Assembly (NCBI RefSeq): GCF_006345805.1
Contig: NC_042998.1
Location: 50,902,001 to 50,966,000 of the forward strand
Reading direction: 5' to 3'
DNA from: Octopus sinensis
Taxonomy: Eukaryota
Length of the DNA: 64,000 nt
The notes beneath the pieces are model-generated. The model had not been told where the DNA came from. It ran no database searches and was given only the letters and a program-made list of their open reading frames with translations. Position 1 is the first letter of the stretch. Each line of letters opens with the position of its first letter. Below, piece by piece: positions 12,401-24,959 of this stretch. The translations under genes and the position numbers were made by a program.

Positions 12401-13355
12401 ACTATTTTGCTTCCCTCATTAATATGCACGTCTAACTGTGAATATATCCAATAGTTTATGCTGAAACTGAGGAAGATAAATTAAATGATATGCCTTTATG
12501 TTTTCCATAAGACTTGACTTATAAGTCAAGTTTTATGGAAAACATAAATATTGAGGGTGTAAGTTTCTGGGTACCAAGAGGCCAAGAATATAAGATGTCC
12601 AGAGCTTCATGAGGATAGAGTTTGAATCCTTTGTCTTTTGTGGTGGGATAATTTTTTTTTTTTTTCATTTTTCAGTGTAGAAACATAGACCTCATTAAAA
12701 CCACCACACCATTTAAATCTCATTATTTCTTAACTGGCAGGATATTATTGCCAATATGATTTTTACTAGGCAAGTTAAAGTACATCCTAGTCACTCTTCC
12801 CAACTAAATGAGTTCATATTCCTATATGCCCAAATGTCAGCTCAGCGAGAGGTTGTTAAAAAAAATGAGAGTATGGTAACTAAAAATATTTAAATTTTGA
12901 AGGACAGGCTACAATTCCATTATGAGTGTTTCAACACTCTTTTCATCATCCTCCATGTTTTATAATATTTCATAGAGTGTAAATATAGGAAGTTCCAAGG
13001 AGAATTTCCCTCATGGAGGAATCAAAAACTAAAGAGGGTATATTTTTACATTTGTTGTTTTTTTGTTTCTTTCAAATCATCATCATCGTCGTCATCATTT
13101 AAACAGACAGTAATTGATGATGATGGTGATGATGACAATGATGATGATGATGTTTGTGATGATTTGAAAGAAACAAAAAAAAACTTTCTTTAAAATTTCA
13201 ATTCCAACTTCAGCTGCAAGTTTTTAAGCTTCTACTTCTTGTTCTGTGCTTTTTTCCAGGTTCCTACACCTGCATTTTCCTGCTAGTCCACTCTTTTTAC
13301 ATGTAATATTTTTTTTTTACTGCCAAAATAAAAGTAACTGTTCATGAGACAAAGC

Positions 13356-13545
13356 TCAAAACGAAATTTTATGGATGTCCATTTGTTTAGAAACTTTACA
13401 AGCAATTAACCAACAATTTTCATGCAACACAACAACATGCAATTTCAGAATGTAACTATTGTCTGTTGACACAGACAGTCGTGCAATCTTAGGATCATGT
13501 TCAACGGATGTTCTTCTCTTTCTTTTTTGAAATAATGGTGCCATC
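13356..13545 (-). pseudogene. Mariner transposase fragment
   Basis: FQKRKRRTSVEHDPKIARLS resembles the mariner FKxGRTSVEDDPRSGRPS linker. Confidence 0.45.
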
Positions 13546-13598
13546 CATGATACATGTCAATGGTTCACACAATGGTTTATAGGTTTCTTGCAACATTA

Positions 13599-13997
13599 CT
13601 CCTTTACTCTTTTACTTCTTTCAGTCATTTGACTGTGGCCATGCTGGAGCATCACCTTTTAGTCGGACAAATCGACTCCAGGACTTATTCTTTGTAAGCC
13701 TAGTACTTATTCTATCGGTCTCTTTTGCCAAACCGCTAAGTTACGGGCACGTAAACACACCAGCATCGGTTGTCAAGCGATGCTGTGGAGACAAACACAG
13801 ATACACACACACACATATATACATATACATATATACAACGGGCTTCTTTCAGTTTCTGTCTACCAAATCTACTCACAAGGCATTGGTCGGCCTGAGGCTA
13901 TAGTAGAAGACACTTGCCCAAGGTGTCACACAGAGGGACTGAACCCAGAACCATGTGGTTGGTAAGCAAGCTACTTACCACACAGCCACTCCTGCAC
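13599..13997 (-). mobile_element. SINE family A copy
   Basis: High similarity to 285-662. Confidence 0.85.
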
Positions 13998-14381
13998 ATT
14001 ATTTCTTATTTCTTTATTATCCATAAGGGGCTAAATATAGAGGGGACAAACAAGGACAAACATCAACCGCAGTGTGTAACTGGTACTTAATTTATCGATC
14101 CCGAAAGGATGAAAAGCAAAGTTGACCTTAGTGGAATTTGAACTCAGATCATAATGGCAGATGAAATACCACTAAGCATTTAGTCCAGCATGCTAACATT
14201 TCTGCCATGGAGCTTTAGGTGTTTTCACTCTGTAAACACACACAATTGAAACCGCGATCCTCTAACTGCAAGTCCGCTGCCCTAACCACTAGGCCATTGC
14301 GCCTCAACATGACCCCTTATACATTACTGTAATACATATCTTTTAGTATTTAACTGTTTGGTTATCCTAATAGTAGCTTAC

Positions 14382-14538
14382 CTTTGATATATACAGCTGA
14401 CATATCATGTGTTCATTGGCTTTAATGTCTTTGATGCTTTTTGTCACCCATATTCCTTTGCCCTGGCAACCAGATTCAGGCTTGAGTATGTAAGTTTTGT
14501 TCTTCTTTTGACGTACAAAAGCCTGGAAATCTCCATAG
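14382..14538 (-). CDS. TTLL6: Tubulin polyglutamylase TTLL6/TTLL13-like, next internal coding exon
   Basis: Encodes (D)YGDFQAFVRQKKNKTYILKPESGCQGKGIWVTKSIKDIKANEHMICQLYISK, containing the TTL ATP-grasp KPxxGCQGKGI motif. tttcag acceptor, gtaagc donor. Length 157 bp (1 nt + 52 codons), completing the GA|C codon from the upstream exon. Confidence 0.92.
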
Positions 14539-14924
14539 CTGAAAGATAAACACATAAGCATTTAAAGTCATGGTAGCACACATACAGACATATAAAATAA
14601 CAGATACTGTTTCTTCACTATATTGGTTTCAAATTTTGACACAAGGCCAGCAATTTTGGGAAGGGGTTAAGTTGATTACATCAACCCCAGTGCTCAACTG
14701 GTACTTATTTTATCAGCCTTGAGAGGATGAAAGGCAAAGTCAACCTTTGTGGAATTTGAAGTCAGAAAATTAAGATGGACAAAATACTGCTAAACATTTG
14801 GCCCAGCATGCTAACCATTCTACCAGCTTGTCGCCTTGCTTCATTATATCAACTTTACTTTTATTACCTATTTGCTTTTAACAAACATATATACAGATTC
14901 TGATTATTACACAAACATTTGTAT

Positions 14925-15370
14925 ACATCCTGCTGTGCTTACCTTGGATCGTAGGGCGACCTGCTGTGCTTGAGGAGACCTATTGAGTCAAGTACATCAA
15001 CGTCAAAATAAAAATCAAATGGAAATTGTAGTTGTGATACCCGTGCCAGTGGCACATGTAAAGCACCATCCAAATGTGGCCGATGCCAGTGCCACCTTGA
15101 CTGGCTTCTGTGCTGGTGGCATGTAAAAAGCACCAACCAATTGTGGCTGTTGCCAGCCTCCCCTGGCCCCTTGTGCCGGTGGCACGTAAAAAGCAGCCAC
15201 TATGGAGTGGTTGGCATTAGAAAGGGCATCCAGCTGTAGAAACACTGCCATATCAGACTGGAGCCTGGTGCAGCTTCCTGGCTTCCCAGACCCCGGTCCA
15301 ACCGTCCAACCCATGCTAGCATGGAAAACAGACGTTAAACAATGATGATGATGATGATGATGATGATGAC
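14925..15370 (+). mobile_element. SINE-like family B with (GAT)n tail (representative copy)
   Basis: Internal GTGCCGGTGGCACGTAAAAAGCACC repeats, then GGAGTGGTTGGCGTTAGGAAGGGCATCCAGC...GACGTTAAAC(GAT)n. Other copies at ~1-260(+), 5550-6026(+), 6362-6522(+), 11079-11445(-), 44315-44468(+), 49067-49340(-) and 62501-62742(+). Confidence 0.8.
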
Positions 15371-15626
15371 ATTTGGCTCATTTGCATTCACACATGTGTA
15401 TGTATCCAGGGATGCTTGTCACCATGCAACAAACAAAATGCTTGTCTGCTTATATCTTACTTACTTAAACCCTTCACATCTAAAGAGGCATAAGGCACCA
15501 AAGAGTTTTCTCCAATGATTTTCACTCTGGGCTGTCTTTTCAGCTTCTTTCCAGTTGGATCCCTCTTTTTTAGATCTGCCTCTGTATCCTACCTCATATG
15601 TTACCCTACTCAGTGACTTTACTTAA

Positions 15627-15853
15627 CCTTTTAACATATAATATAGCCATATCCATCACAATCCCAAATATTCTACCTGTTTTATGTTCAAAGCTAACCA
15701 GATCTGGCCTCTCACACCAACCCTACAACATCATTCTAAAAATGAACAGTTACGTCACCAAAATCTCATAGCTACAAGATAATTCATTATTAATTCAAAA
15801 CTATGTGAATAAATAAGCATTAATTTTGACAGGAAAATCTGAATGCTAAAGGT
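15627..15853. mobile_element. TTAA-flanked MITE (piggyBac-type ends), decayed
   Basis: TTAA-CCTTTTAACAT ... ATGCTAAAGGT-TTAA. A related copy lies in opposite orientation at ~9265-9485. Confidence 0.62.
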
Positions 15854-16393
15854 TTAAATATCTTTTGAATGAGTGGTGCAACTTTCATTTGGCTAATGTT
15901 GATTGAATCAGCCTGGACAGGATTAAATAAGATTGGGTGGGATTAAATCAAACTGAATGGAACTAAACCAGATTGGATCAAACTGGATTAGAGCAGGTCA
16001 GGCACTACAATTGTAACACTTCGAATTTTATTATTATTCTGTCACCAATAAATAAGCTAAAAAGAAATAGCAGATTCTTGGGGACAACATATATTTGATT
16101 TTGAACTAATTGACTTGTTCAAACATAGCAATGGTGAAGTTACGTGAGGTAAATTTTTTTGAAGGTGTAGTTGTGTGTTTCTGAGTGTTTGTGTGTTGTT
16201 GTGTGTGTGTATGTGTGTGTGTAAAGTGTTTGTATTTGTGTTGTAATTTGTGTATGTGCATGAATTTGTGCATATGTACAATTGTATGTAATACCTGGTC
16301 ATTATGTGCATATGTGTACAGTTGTAAGCATTCTTTTCAGTATATATATATATGCATCTGTGTTTATGTGTGTGTGTATGTGAGATTCTAATG

Positions 16394-16705
16394 CAGTGGT
16401 TCTCAACAGGGGTCCGCTAAAGGTCTGTAGAAGATTTTTTGGGGTCCATGCAACAAAATTGTAAATTGGGGATTCACAATAGTATTTTAAGGGCCCCTGA
16501 AAAGATTTTGCTTTCGATGTATATATTGGTATGTATTGCAAGAAACAACTACATTTCTTTCTCTAACATTTTACATAATTCAACCGAAACAAGCTAATGT
16601 GTGAGAAGCAAAATATTAATTCTGAAACAAGTTTTTATAAAGCTAGTTTTTAAACATCAAAAGGCCTAGGGGATTCATAAATAAAAAAATTGTTGAGAAC
16701 CCTTG
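16394..16705. mobile_element. Non-autonomous hAT (Charlie-like) MITE
   Basis: TIR CAGTGGTTCTCAAC / GTTGAGAACCCTTG, with a perfect 8-bp TSD TTCTAATG at 16386-16393 and 16706-16713. Confidence 0.88.
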
Positions 16706-16778
16706 TTCTAATGAATCAAATCTTTATACATGTTTCTTTGTATGTACTTTATGCCTGAGTATATGTACTTCAGTATGT

Positions 16779-17610
16779 ATGAGGTCATACCAAATGTACG
16801 GAAATGTTCTGTGGAACAAGCTCATTGTAGTTCTGGCTTCCATTGCTAGAAGCCACTTGATGCAACCTTCAGGCATCAGTCTGCTGACCAGCATTGTCCA
16901 GTGAAGTCATACTGTCACATGGAGAATCTTTGTTTTGCAGTGTTTCTCCCCTGTTCATTGATTTTTGCAATGGCTAAAACAAAGGAACAGCATGCTTCCA
17001 TAAAATTCTGTTTACTGCTGGGGGAAAGAGCAGCTGTAATAGTTGTCATGCTTCAAACAGCATACAAGGCCACTGCCATAGGTAAAGGCACAAGCTTACA
17101 AGTGGTTTCCATGCTTTAGGAATGGTCACTTGTCTCTTGTGGACCAACCACATTCAGAGTGACCATAGGCCTCCTGAATGAATAAAAACATCATGCATCA
17201 TGAAAATTCATGAACTGATCTTGGAAGACCATCACTGAACAATCAATGAACTTGTTGATATGAATGAAGTATCCTGGAGCTCCTGCCAATGAAATTTGAG
17301 AGAGGAATTGTGCATGGAAAAAGTTGCAGCAAAAATTTGTGCCTCACTTGCTCATGGAAGATCAAAAGCGGTCATGGTAGAATGCATGTCATGAACTGAA
17401 AGAACAAGTGGAAGTTGATCCAGACCTTTTTTTCGAAGGTCGGCACCGGTGGCGAAAGCTGGGGCTATGGAATTTGTAGATATAGAGGAGGTGAAGAAAA
17501 AACGATGAAAGCATTGAAAGGCATCACTTAGCAAGCATTCCAGCACTACTTCCAACAGTAGAAAACACTTCTGGACCAATGCATTGCTTTAAATGGAGAA
17601 TACTTTTACT
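16779..17610 (+). pseudogene. Decayed mariner transposon
   Basis: MAKTKEQHASIKFCLLLGERAA..MLQTAY is a mariner N-terminus. Further fragments resemble the (W)VPH.L region and a C-terminal GEYF. Many stops and an internal deletion. Confidence 0.75.
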
Positions 17611-18240
17611 GACATGACAGCCAGTGTTAGTGTGTTTATGCCCCTGAAACTTAGCAATTCGACAAAATGAGACCAATAGAATAAGTACCAGGCTTAAAAA
17701 AATTAAACACTGTACTTGATTCATTCTACTAAAATTTCTTCATAGAGATGCCCCAGCATGGTCGCAGTTTAATGACTGAAACAAATAAAAGATAAAAGAT
17801 AAAAAATATATATATGTATATCATGATACCATTAATTCTATCAGGATTTTCAATTGCATAATTTTCAATCCAGTATTTTGGATTTTATTAATTGTAAAAT
17901 TATTCCCAAGACCCCTGGCAATCTACTTCAGAATGGGCAGAATTCTATAGCATTACAACAGTTTAAATTGAAAATGAGATGGTGAAGGTCTTGAAATGTC
18001 AGTTTAATGGATTTAGGAGTATCATGGATGCAAAACAAAAATAAAGAATCTATAAGGGAATACATATGTATGCATGTATGTATGTATGTGTGTGTGTATG
18101 TATGTATACATATATTCGTGTATATGTATGCATGTGTGTACACATAAACTCATGTATGTATATATGTATGTATGTACATGTTTGTATGTATTTATGTATG
18201 TATGTATGCATGTCTGTATGAATGCATGTATTTATGTATG

Positions 18241-18272
<32 letters not shown>

Positions 18273-18360
18273 TGTATGTATGTATGTATGTATGCATGTC
18301 TGTATGAACGTATGTATTTATGTATGTATATGTATGTATGTATGCAAATGTATGCATGTG

Positions 18361-18394
<34 letters not shown>

Positions 18395-18879
18395 ATATAT
18401 GTGGGTATGAATATGTATATATGCATATAAGCTCTCTCTGTATGTGTGTGTGTAGGTACTGACATTTTAGCATAATTTGCCCTTAAACAAGTATTAGTAG
18501 AAAAATCTAACAACATTTAGTGCAACAGAAAACTCTGTCTAGTTCATTATAAAATCTGAATAAAAAAAACTAACTAAATCTTTCACTTATCTTTTCCTCA
18601 ATTCAAGTATTTTTGTGTTGTTGAAAAAAAATTATCACAGTTCACTTTGGATTATGCCACAAATATGAAGATTTCTCAAAAATTTTCATATAATTTTCAT
18701 TAAATTCATTAATGTTTAGTTTTTTTCTGAATCAATAAAATTGTTCCTAGGTTTTCTTTTGTTGGTGGTCCATGACTTACAATATTATGCAAAACATTAT
18801 GTTGTTTCCAGAGAGATAAGCTGAAGTGTATTTAGTGATAGCAAATTTTAATATTTGAGATGGCAGTCTCCTACTTGAT

Positions 18880-19420
18880 CTTCGAGTAACTTATTTAAGC
18901 TACAAGTGTAATACATGAATTGCAAGTATAATATTTGAGCTGTAAGTATATTTGAGTTTCAAATAAAATACTGATAGTGTAAGTGTAAAACTTGAACTGC
19001 GAATATAATAATTGAGCTGCAAGCATAACACTTGAGCTCTCTGTGCTATATTTGAGCTGCAACCATAACAATGGATCAAGTATAATACTTGATCTGCAAG
19101 CATAATACTTGAGTTGCAACTATGATACTTACACTGCAAGTATATAGAAGTCTAACACTTGAGCTGCAAGTATTATATTTGAGCTATAAGCATATGTGCT
19201 GCATGGGACTAGCGTGTCAAAGAATAGACCCAACATTTCCTTTGCAAGCAGTAAAAGGTGACTAAAAGAAGTTGAGGTAGGATTTGTTCTCTGATCTCAT
19301 GTAACCATAGCCAGTAACGAGTATCCAGACCCATGGGTCAGAAGGTTGTTACCTGAGTGGTGCAAGTGTGTCATCTGACAGGGGTAAGGAATCAAATGGT
19401 GGTTACAGCTCATTCCCCCA

Positions 19421-19481
<61 letters not shown>

Positions 19482-20195
19482 ACCGTTGCTGCTGCTACTG
19501 TATGCATAATACTGGAGCAGCAGTTATAATACTTGAGCTACAAGTTCAATATTTGATCTGGAAGTATAATACTTAAGCTTCAAGCACAATATTTGAGTTT
19601 CAAATATAAGACTCATGTTGCAAGAATAGAAAGTTCATTGCAAGTATTATATTTGAGCAGAAAGTATAAAACTTGAGCTGAAAATATATTATACTTGAGC
19701 TACAAATATTTGAGTTTCATGTATAAGACTTGTGTTGCAAGAATAGAATGTTAACTTCAAGTATCATATTTGAGCTGCAAGTGTGGCACTTGAGCTTCAA
19801 GTACAATATTTGAGCTTGAAAAAACATATTTGATCTTTATGTATAATATTTCTGTTGCAAGTATAAAGCTTGAGCTGAAAGTGTGATGCTTGAACTATGA
19901 AAATAACACTTGTATTGAAAGCATAATATTTGAGCCGCAGGTATAACTTGAGTTGCAATTATAATACATGATCGACAAGATAATTTCTTGATCTATAAAT
20001 TCAAAACTTGATCTGCAAATTCAATATTTGGTTCAAAAGCCTAATACTTGATCCAAAAATATATACTTGATCCAGAATTTCAAGCACTTGCCTCACAAGT
20101 TCACTACTTGGCCTGCTAAATGTAATACTTGATCCCCTAATTCAATACTTGATCTATGAGTCTAATACTTGATCCACAAGTTCAAAACTTGAACT
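18880..20195. repeat. Degenerate ~21-bp minisatellite, two blocks
   Basis: Unit approximately (T/C)TTGAGCTGCAAGTATAATA(T/C), in blocks ~18880-19195 and ~19505-20195. The unit drifts to CTTGATC... toward the right. Confidence 0.85.
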
Positions 20196-20238
20196 AGGTC
20201 ATGTGACTATATAATCAAACAGAACTGATTCATATATA

Positions 20239-20790
20239 CATGGTGTCCATAAAGTTATGATACAGTTTGGCTGAAAACAACTCTATGATACAGTTGCTGA
20301 GGCAAATGTAAGACTCCCAAAGAAATCAATTCACCATGGTAGTTTAGAAATTGATACCAAATGAACATCACTATATAAAATACTTACAAAACTCAATATG
20401 AAACCTTATATTCTATGCCTAATTCACAGACTTCTGGAGGATGATCCTGATCGTAGGTCTCAATTTTGCAAGTCAAGGAAGCCAAGTTTGTAAGTCAGAG
20501 GAAGCCAAGAAGTATTGAAGATCTTCAGCAGTTCATTATTGATGCATTTGCTAACCTCGATCCAGACTTGTATACCAAAGTTTATCACAATGTGCTTTCA
20601 CATCAAGAATACATTGAAGCTAATGACTTTCAATTTGAACATTTAATCATAACTGTAGTAAATGAAATTGATTGCCAATATTGTTACAATATTTTCTGAT
20701 GTAATACATATATTTTCTGAAAATCATTTTAGTCTAACCATGATAGTTCTTTATTACAAATAACCGTATAGTATCTTTATGGACACCCTA
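20239..20790 (+). mobile_element. Internally deleted Tc1/mariner-superfamily element
   Basis: TA-flanked TIRs CATGGTGTCCATAAAG / CTTTATGGACACCCT. C-terminal transposase remnant KPRSIEDLQQFIIDAF...FEHL. Confidence 0.72.
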
Positions 20791-21450
20791 TATAAGAATG
20801 GATAAAACTTAGAATGGCGACAATATTCTTGTCACTATCAACTAATCCTCTTAATTTCCTTCCACTTTAGGTCTAACTAGACAAATTCTGCCTTCAGTGA
20901 AAACACACTATGAACTATAATCTCTCTAGGCTTTTATCCTCTCTCTCACATATACACACTCTCCCATTTTCCTTCCAAATGCATTTTTAAACATGTTTGG
21001 ACCTTCCAAAAATAGCATAAGCCTCCTATCAATATAAATCCAGTAAAAAAAATAATAAAAAGAAAACCGATAATGTAAGAGATTTTTAGTACAAAACTTT
21101 TTTAAATATCTTGAATTTTCCTAAAAGCACTGCAGGAAATCTTTTTAAAACAGCAACTAACACATATCAATATAAGATTATTCCTTTAGCTTGTTTTAGC
21201 CCTCATGATTGCTGTTCTGCTGGAGCACCATCTTTAAAGTGTTTTCTTTTTTAGGATTACTCTAGATTTCTCTGACACACACATATTTACATGTATAGTT
21301 GGGTGGTTAAAAAGCTCACTTTGTAACTGCATGGTTTTAGGTTCCGTCTCACCGCACAACATTTTGTGTAAATGTTTCCTATTAAAGCTCTCGGCTGACC
21401 AATGCCTTGTGAATTAATTTGGTTTATGGAAACAGTGTGGAAGCCTGTTA

Positions 21451-21497
<47 letters not shown>

Positions 21498-21520
21498 TAT
21501 ATATTATATATATATATATA

Positions 21521-21911
21521 TGCAGCTACTAATAATATCTAGCTCAGAGATTTATTATTGCTTGTTTACACTTTTTCGATATCAGTGACTTTTGGTCACT
21601 GGAAAAAGGATATATATTTGCAAAGGGAGGCCTACTTTTCGTCAACAACTGTGATTGTCACACGCAGATGATGGGTCAATACCCAGAAACTTAAGGCCAT
21701 GTGTATCATAGGTTGAAAACGAGAAGGATGGCTTCCCTTTGCAAATACTGATAGGGTACAGAAAGTGTGTCAATAGCCAGCTAGAAGAGGTGTCCTCCTG
21801 GGGCTACAAGCTACAGTAGAATCCACTCTTAGGGGTTAGCCACATTTAAGTGGCAAATATACTTCCCGATGTCATGCAGCTACTGTTTATACCTCGCTCA
21901 GAGATTTATTA
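21521..21911 (+). mobile_element. TA-embedded element with short terminal direct repeats and a decayed hammerhead
   Basis: TGCAGCTACT...GCTCAGAGATTTATTA occurs at 21521 and ~21875. At 21659-21703: CACACG-CAGATGA-TGGGT-CAAT-ACCCA-GAAA-CTTAAG-GC-CATGTG, with two core substitutions. An inverted repeat ~21614-21748 surrounds the motif. Confidence 0.62.
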
Positions 21912-22223
21912 CATATATATATATATATGTGTATATTTCAACAATTGAGGGTAAAATTAATTAATTATTAATCAATTTCACCAAGTATTCAGTATGCAAA
22001 GGGACCATTTAAGGCGAATTCAAATTATTACATTATATAAAAGGGCTTAGTAAAATAAATTACTTTGCCGCATACTGAACTCATTAGAAATAGTAGCTAA
22101 AAAAAAACTTTTTTAAAACTATTTCTAATACTTAAAGAAAACCTCTCTCATATAGTGTTTGCTCAATTCAACTCACGAAAGTATGGGGGTAAAGACATTA
22201 AAAAATCAAATGCAAAGGTTATT

Positions 22224-22275
22224 TGAGAACGTACGTTTCAAGATTAGTCAACTCGACATTTCTATCATCAGCTCA
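22224..22275 (-). ncRNA. Type I hammerhead ribozyme motif (inverted copy, sense to the TTLL intron)
   Basis: Exact reverse complement of 22914-22965. Confidence 0.78.
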
Positions 22276-22913
22276 GAACTCCTTGGTTTGGATTTGAAAA
22301 CACTGAAAGTGGGAGCATACCCTTTCGGCTTCTTATCGCTTCTGAAGATCTGCTCGAAACTAACAGTGCCAGCAAACTCAAATATGCAAGCGAAGAATTT
22401 CTGCTCTCCCCTTTCCACCAGCGTGGGCTAAAATCAGTAAACACTATGCTTTTTCGGTAAAATCCGAGGCATTAAATAGAGAGAGATGAATTATAATTTC
22501 AACAATTGAGGGTAAAATTAATTAATTATTAATCAATTTCACCAAGTATTCAGTATGCAAAGGGACCATTTAAGGCAAATTCAAATTATTACATTATATA
22601 AAAGGGCTTAGTAAAATAAATTACTTTGCCGCATACTGAACTCATTAGAAATAGTAGCTAAAAAAACTTTTTTAAAACTATTTCTAATACTTAAAGAAAA
22701 CCTCTCTCATATAGTGTTTGCTCGGATTTTACCGAAAAAGCATAGTGTTTACTGATTTTAGCCCACGCTGGTGGAAAGGGGAGAGCAGAAATTCTTCGCT
22801 TGCATATTTGAGTTTGCTGGCACTGTTAGTTTCGAGCAGATCTTCAGAAGCGATAAGAAGCCGAAAGGGTATGCTCCCACTTTCAGTGTTTTCAAATCCA
22901 AACCAAGGAGTTC

Positions 22914-22965
22914 TGAGCTGATGATAGAAATGTCGAGTTGACTAATCTTGAAACGTACGTTCTCA
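22914..22965 (+). ncRNA. Type I hammerhead ribozyme motif
   Basis: TGAG-CTGATGA-T-AGA(aatGTCgagttGACtaa)TCT-T-GAAA-CGTACG-TT-CTCA. Helix I TGAG/CTCA, intact core, palindromic helix III ACGTACGT, GUU site (cut predicted after 22961). Confidence 0.78.
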
Positions 22966-23279
22966 AATAACCTTTGCATTTGATTTTTTAATGTCTTTAC
23001 CCCCATACTTTCGTGAGTTGAATTGAGCAAACACTATATGAGAGAGGTTTTCTTTAAGTATTAGAAATAGTTTTAAAAAAGTTTTTTTAGCTACTATTTC
23101 TAATGAGTTCAGTATGCGGCAAAGTAATTTATTTTACTAAGCCCTTTTATATAATATATATGTGTATATATATATATATATATATACAAGCGAATATAAA
23201 CAAGAGGGGTAGTAATATTATTTACTACCAGGTGCCCAGCACAAAAGACGAATTAGTCATAGGAGCCCTTAATTATATA

Positions 23280-23325
<46 letters not shown>

Positions 23326-23789
23326 ATGTATGTATGTGTGTGTTCATGTTTATATTTACAGTCGCACTGCTTGTGAACCAGTGTGAGTTTTTTGTACATC
23401 CCTGTAGCTAAGCAGTACAGCAAAAGAGACCAACAGAAAAAAGCACCGGACTTTAAAAAATACTGGGGTTGATTCGTTTGACTACTTTTAAAAGTGTTGC
23501 TCCAGCATGGCCACAGTTCTATGACTGAAAGAAGTAGACAATAAAAGATAAAACATAGTTATGTATATAATACCTGTCCCTTTTTTTTGGATGATATACA
23601 TGGTTATGTATTTTAAACTAAGTGTGGATAGAATACCAACGAGTCTAACATTTATGATGAGCACATGTATGGCTGCATAGTTAGGAAGCTTGCTTCCCTA
23701 CTGAATGGCACCTTGGGCAAGTGCCTTTTGTTATAGCCCTAGGTCGACCAAAGCCTTGTAAGTGAATTTGGCAGTTGGAAACCTGGTGT

Positions 23790-24003
23790 GTTTAAGCTGC
23801 ATGCATTATATTTGAGCTGCAGCCATAATGATGGAACAACAAGTATAATACTGAGCTGCAAATCAAATACTGGATCTGCAAGTCTAATATTTGAGCCGCA
23901 AGTATAAAACTTGAACTGCAGTTCAAATATAACGAGTTGTAAGTAAATTTGAGTTGTGAGCAAATGTGTTGCATGGGGATCTGCATGTCAAAGAACAGAC
24001 CCA
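23790..24003. repeat. Second locus of the ~21-bp minisatellite with the same unique tail
   Basis: Same unit. Ends GCATGGGGATCTGCATGTCAAAGAACAGACCCA, matching 19201-19231. Confidence 0.75.
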
Positions 24004-24881
24004 GCTTGAGTGAAAGAGAGGGGAGGGAGAGAAAGGGAAGGGGAAGGGGCGAGGAGGAGATCGGGAGAGGGGAGGAGAGGGAGAGGAGAGGGGGAAGGGG
24101 AGAGGTAAAGGAGAGAAGGGTCAGAGAGGGAGGAGAGGGAGAGGGAGTGGGGGTGCAACTGAGATACAAAAGGCTTCTGTTGATTTTTCTTGATTTTCCA
24201 GAATCTTTCAGCGTTGTATATTCTTTTGGCTTATTGTTCCCTGCTTTCATTTTGCTCTTTGTCATAGACTTCTGATATAGGCACAGTCGTGGCTGTGTGG
24301 TTAAGAAACTCACTTTGCAACCACATAATTTTGGGTTCAGTCTCACGGTGTGGTATCTTGAGCAAGTGTCTTCTACTATAGCCCCAGGCAGACCAATATC
24401 TTGTGAGTGAATTTGGTGTGGAAGCTCATCATGTGTGTGTGTTAGTCCTACAACCACTGCTTGACAACCAGTGCTGGTTTGTTTACATCTCTGTAATTTA
24501 GTAGTTTGGCAAATAAGATCAATAGAATTTTTATTCTTTCATTCTTTTATTTGTTTCAGTCATTTTGATTGCAGCCATACCGGAGCACCACCTTTAGTCA
24601 AACAAATCTACCCCAGGACTTATTCTTTGTAAGCCTAGTACTTATTCTATCATTCTCTTTTGTCAAACTGCTAAGTTACGGGAACATAAACACACCAACA
24701 TCGGTTGTCAAGTGATGGTGGGGGGACAAACACAGACACATACATACACATATATATATATAGAGTTGAGTATAGAAATTCGGGGTGAGTACTTGATAAT
24801 TATAAGCACCTGTGTATACCGTTTGGTGGTGTAGGTGGTGGAGTAAATTGATCAAAATAAAAACATGATGCGAAGGATTCA

Positions 24882-24959
24882 GCGGTACATATGTTTCGGG
24901 CCTTTATTAGACAGATTTATAACAATGCATAATGTATGTCTGTGGCCTTCTTCAGCCGC
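24882..24959 (-). ncRNA. Type I hammerhead ribozyme motif (inverted copy, sense to the TTLL intron)
   Basis: Exact reverse complement of 25211-25288. Confidence 0.8.

Larger units (their letters stand above)
21935..23155. mobile_element. Composite direct + inverted repeat insertion (A-B-A-B'-A') in (TA)n, Penelope pLTR-like
   Basis: A = 21935-22164, repeated directly at 22496-22723. 22721-23155 is a near-perfect reverse complement of ~22032-22468. Flanked by TA repeats and carries hammerhead motifs. Confidence 0.8.

Noticed and set aside
18880-20195. CRISPR-like regularly spaced dyad repeats
   Set aside because: The period is ~21 bp with no unique spacers; it is a degenerate minisatellite.
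22341-22372. CTGAAGA-TCTGCTC-GAAA on the plus strand
   Set aside because: No helix II pairing, the cleavage triplet would be GUG, and there is no helix I. The real motif is on the opposite strand nearby.
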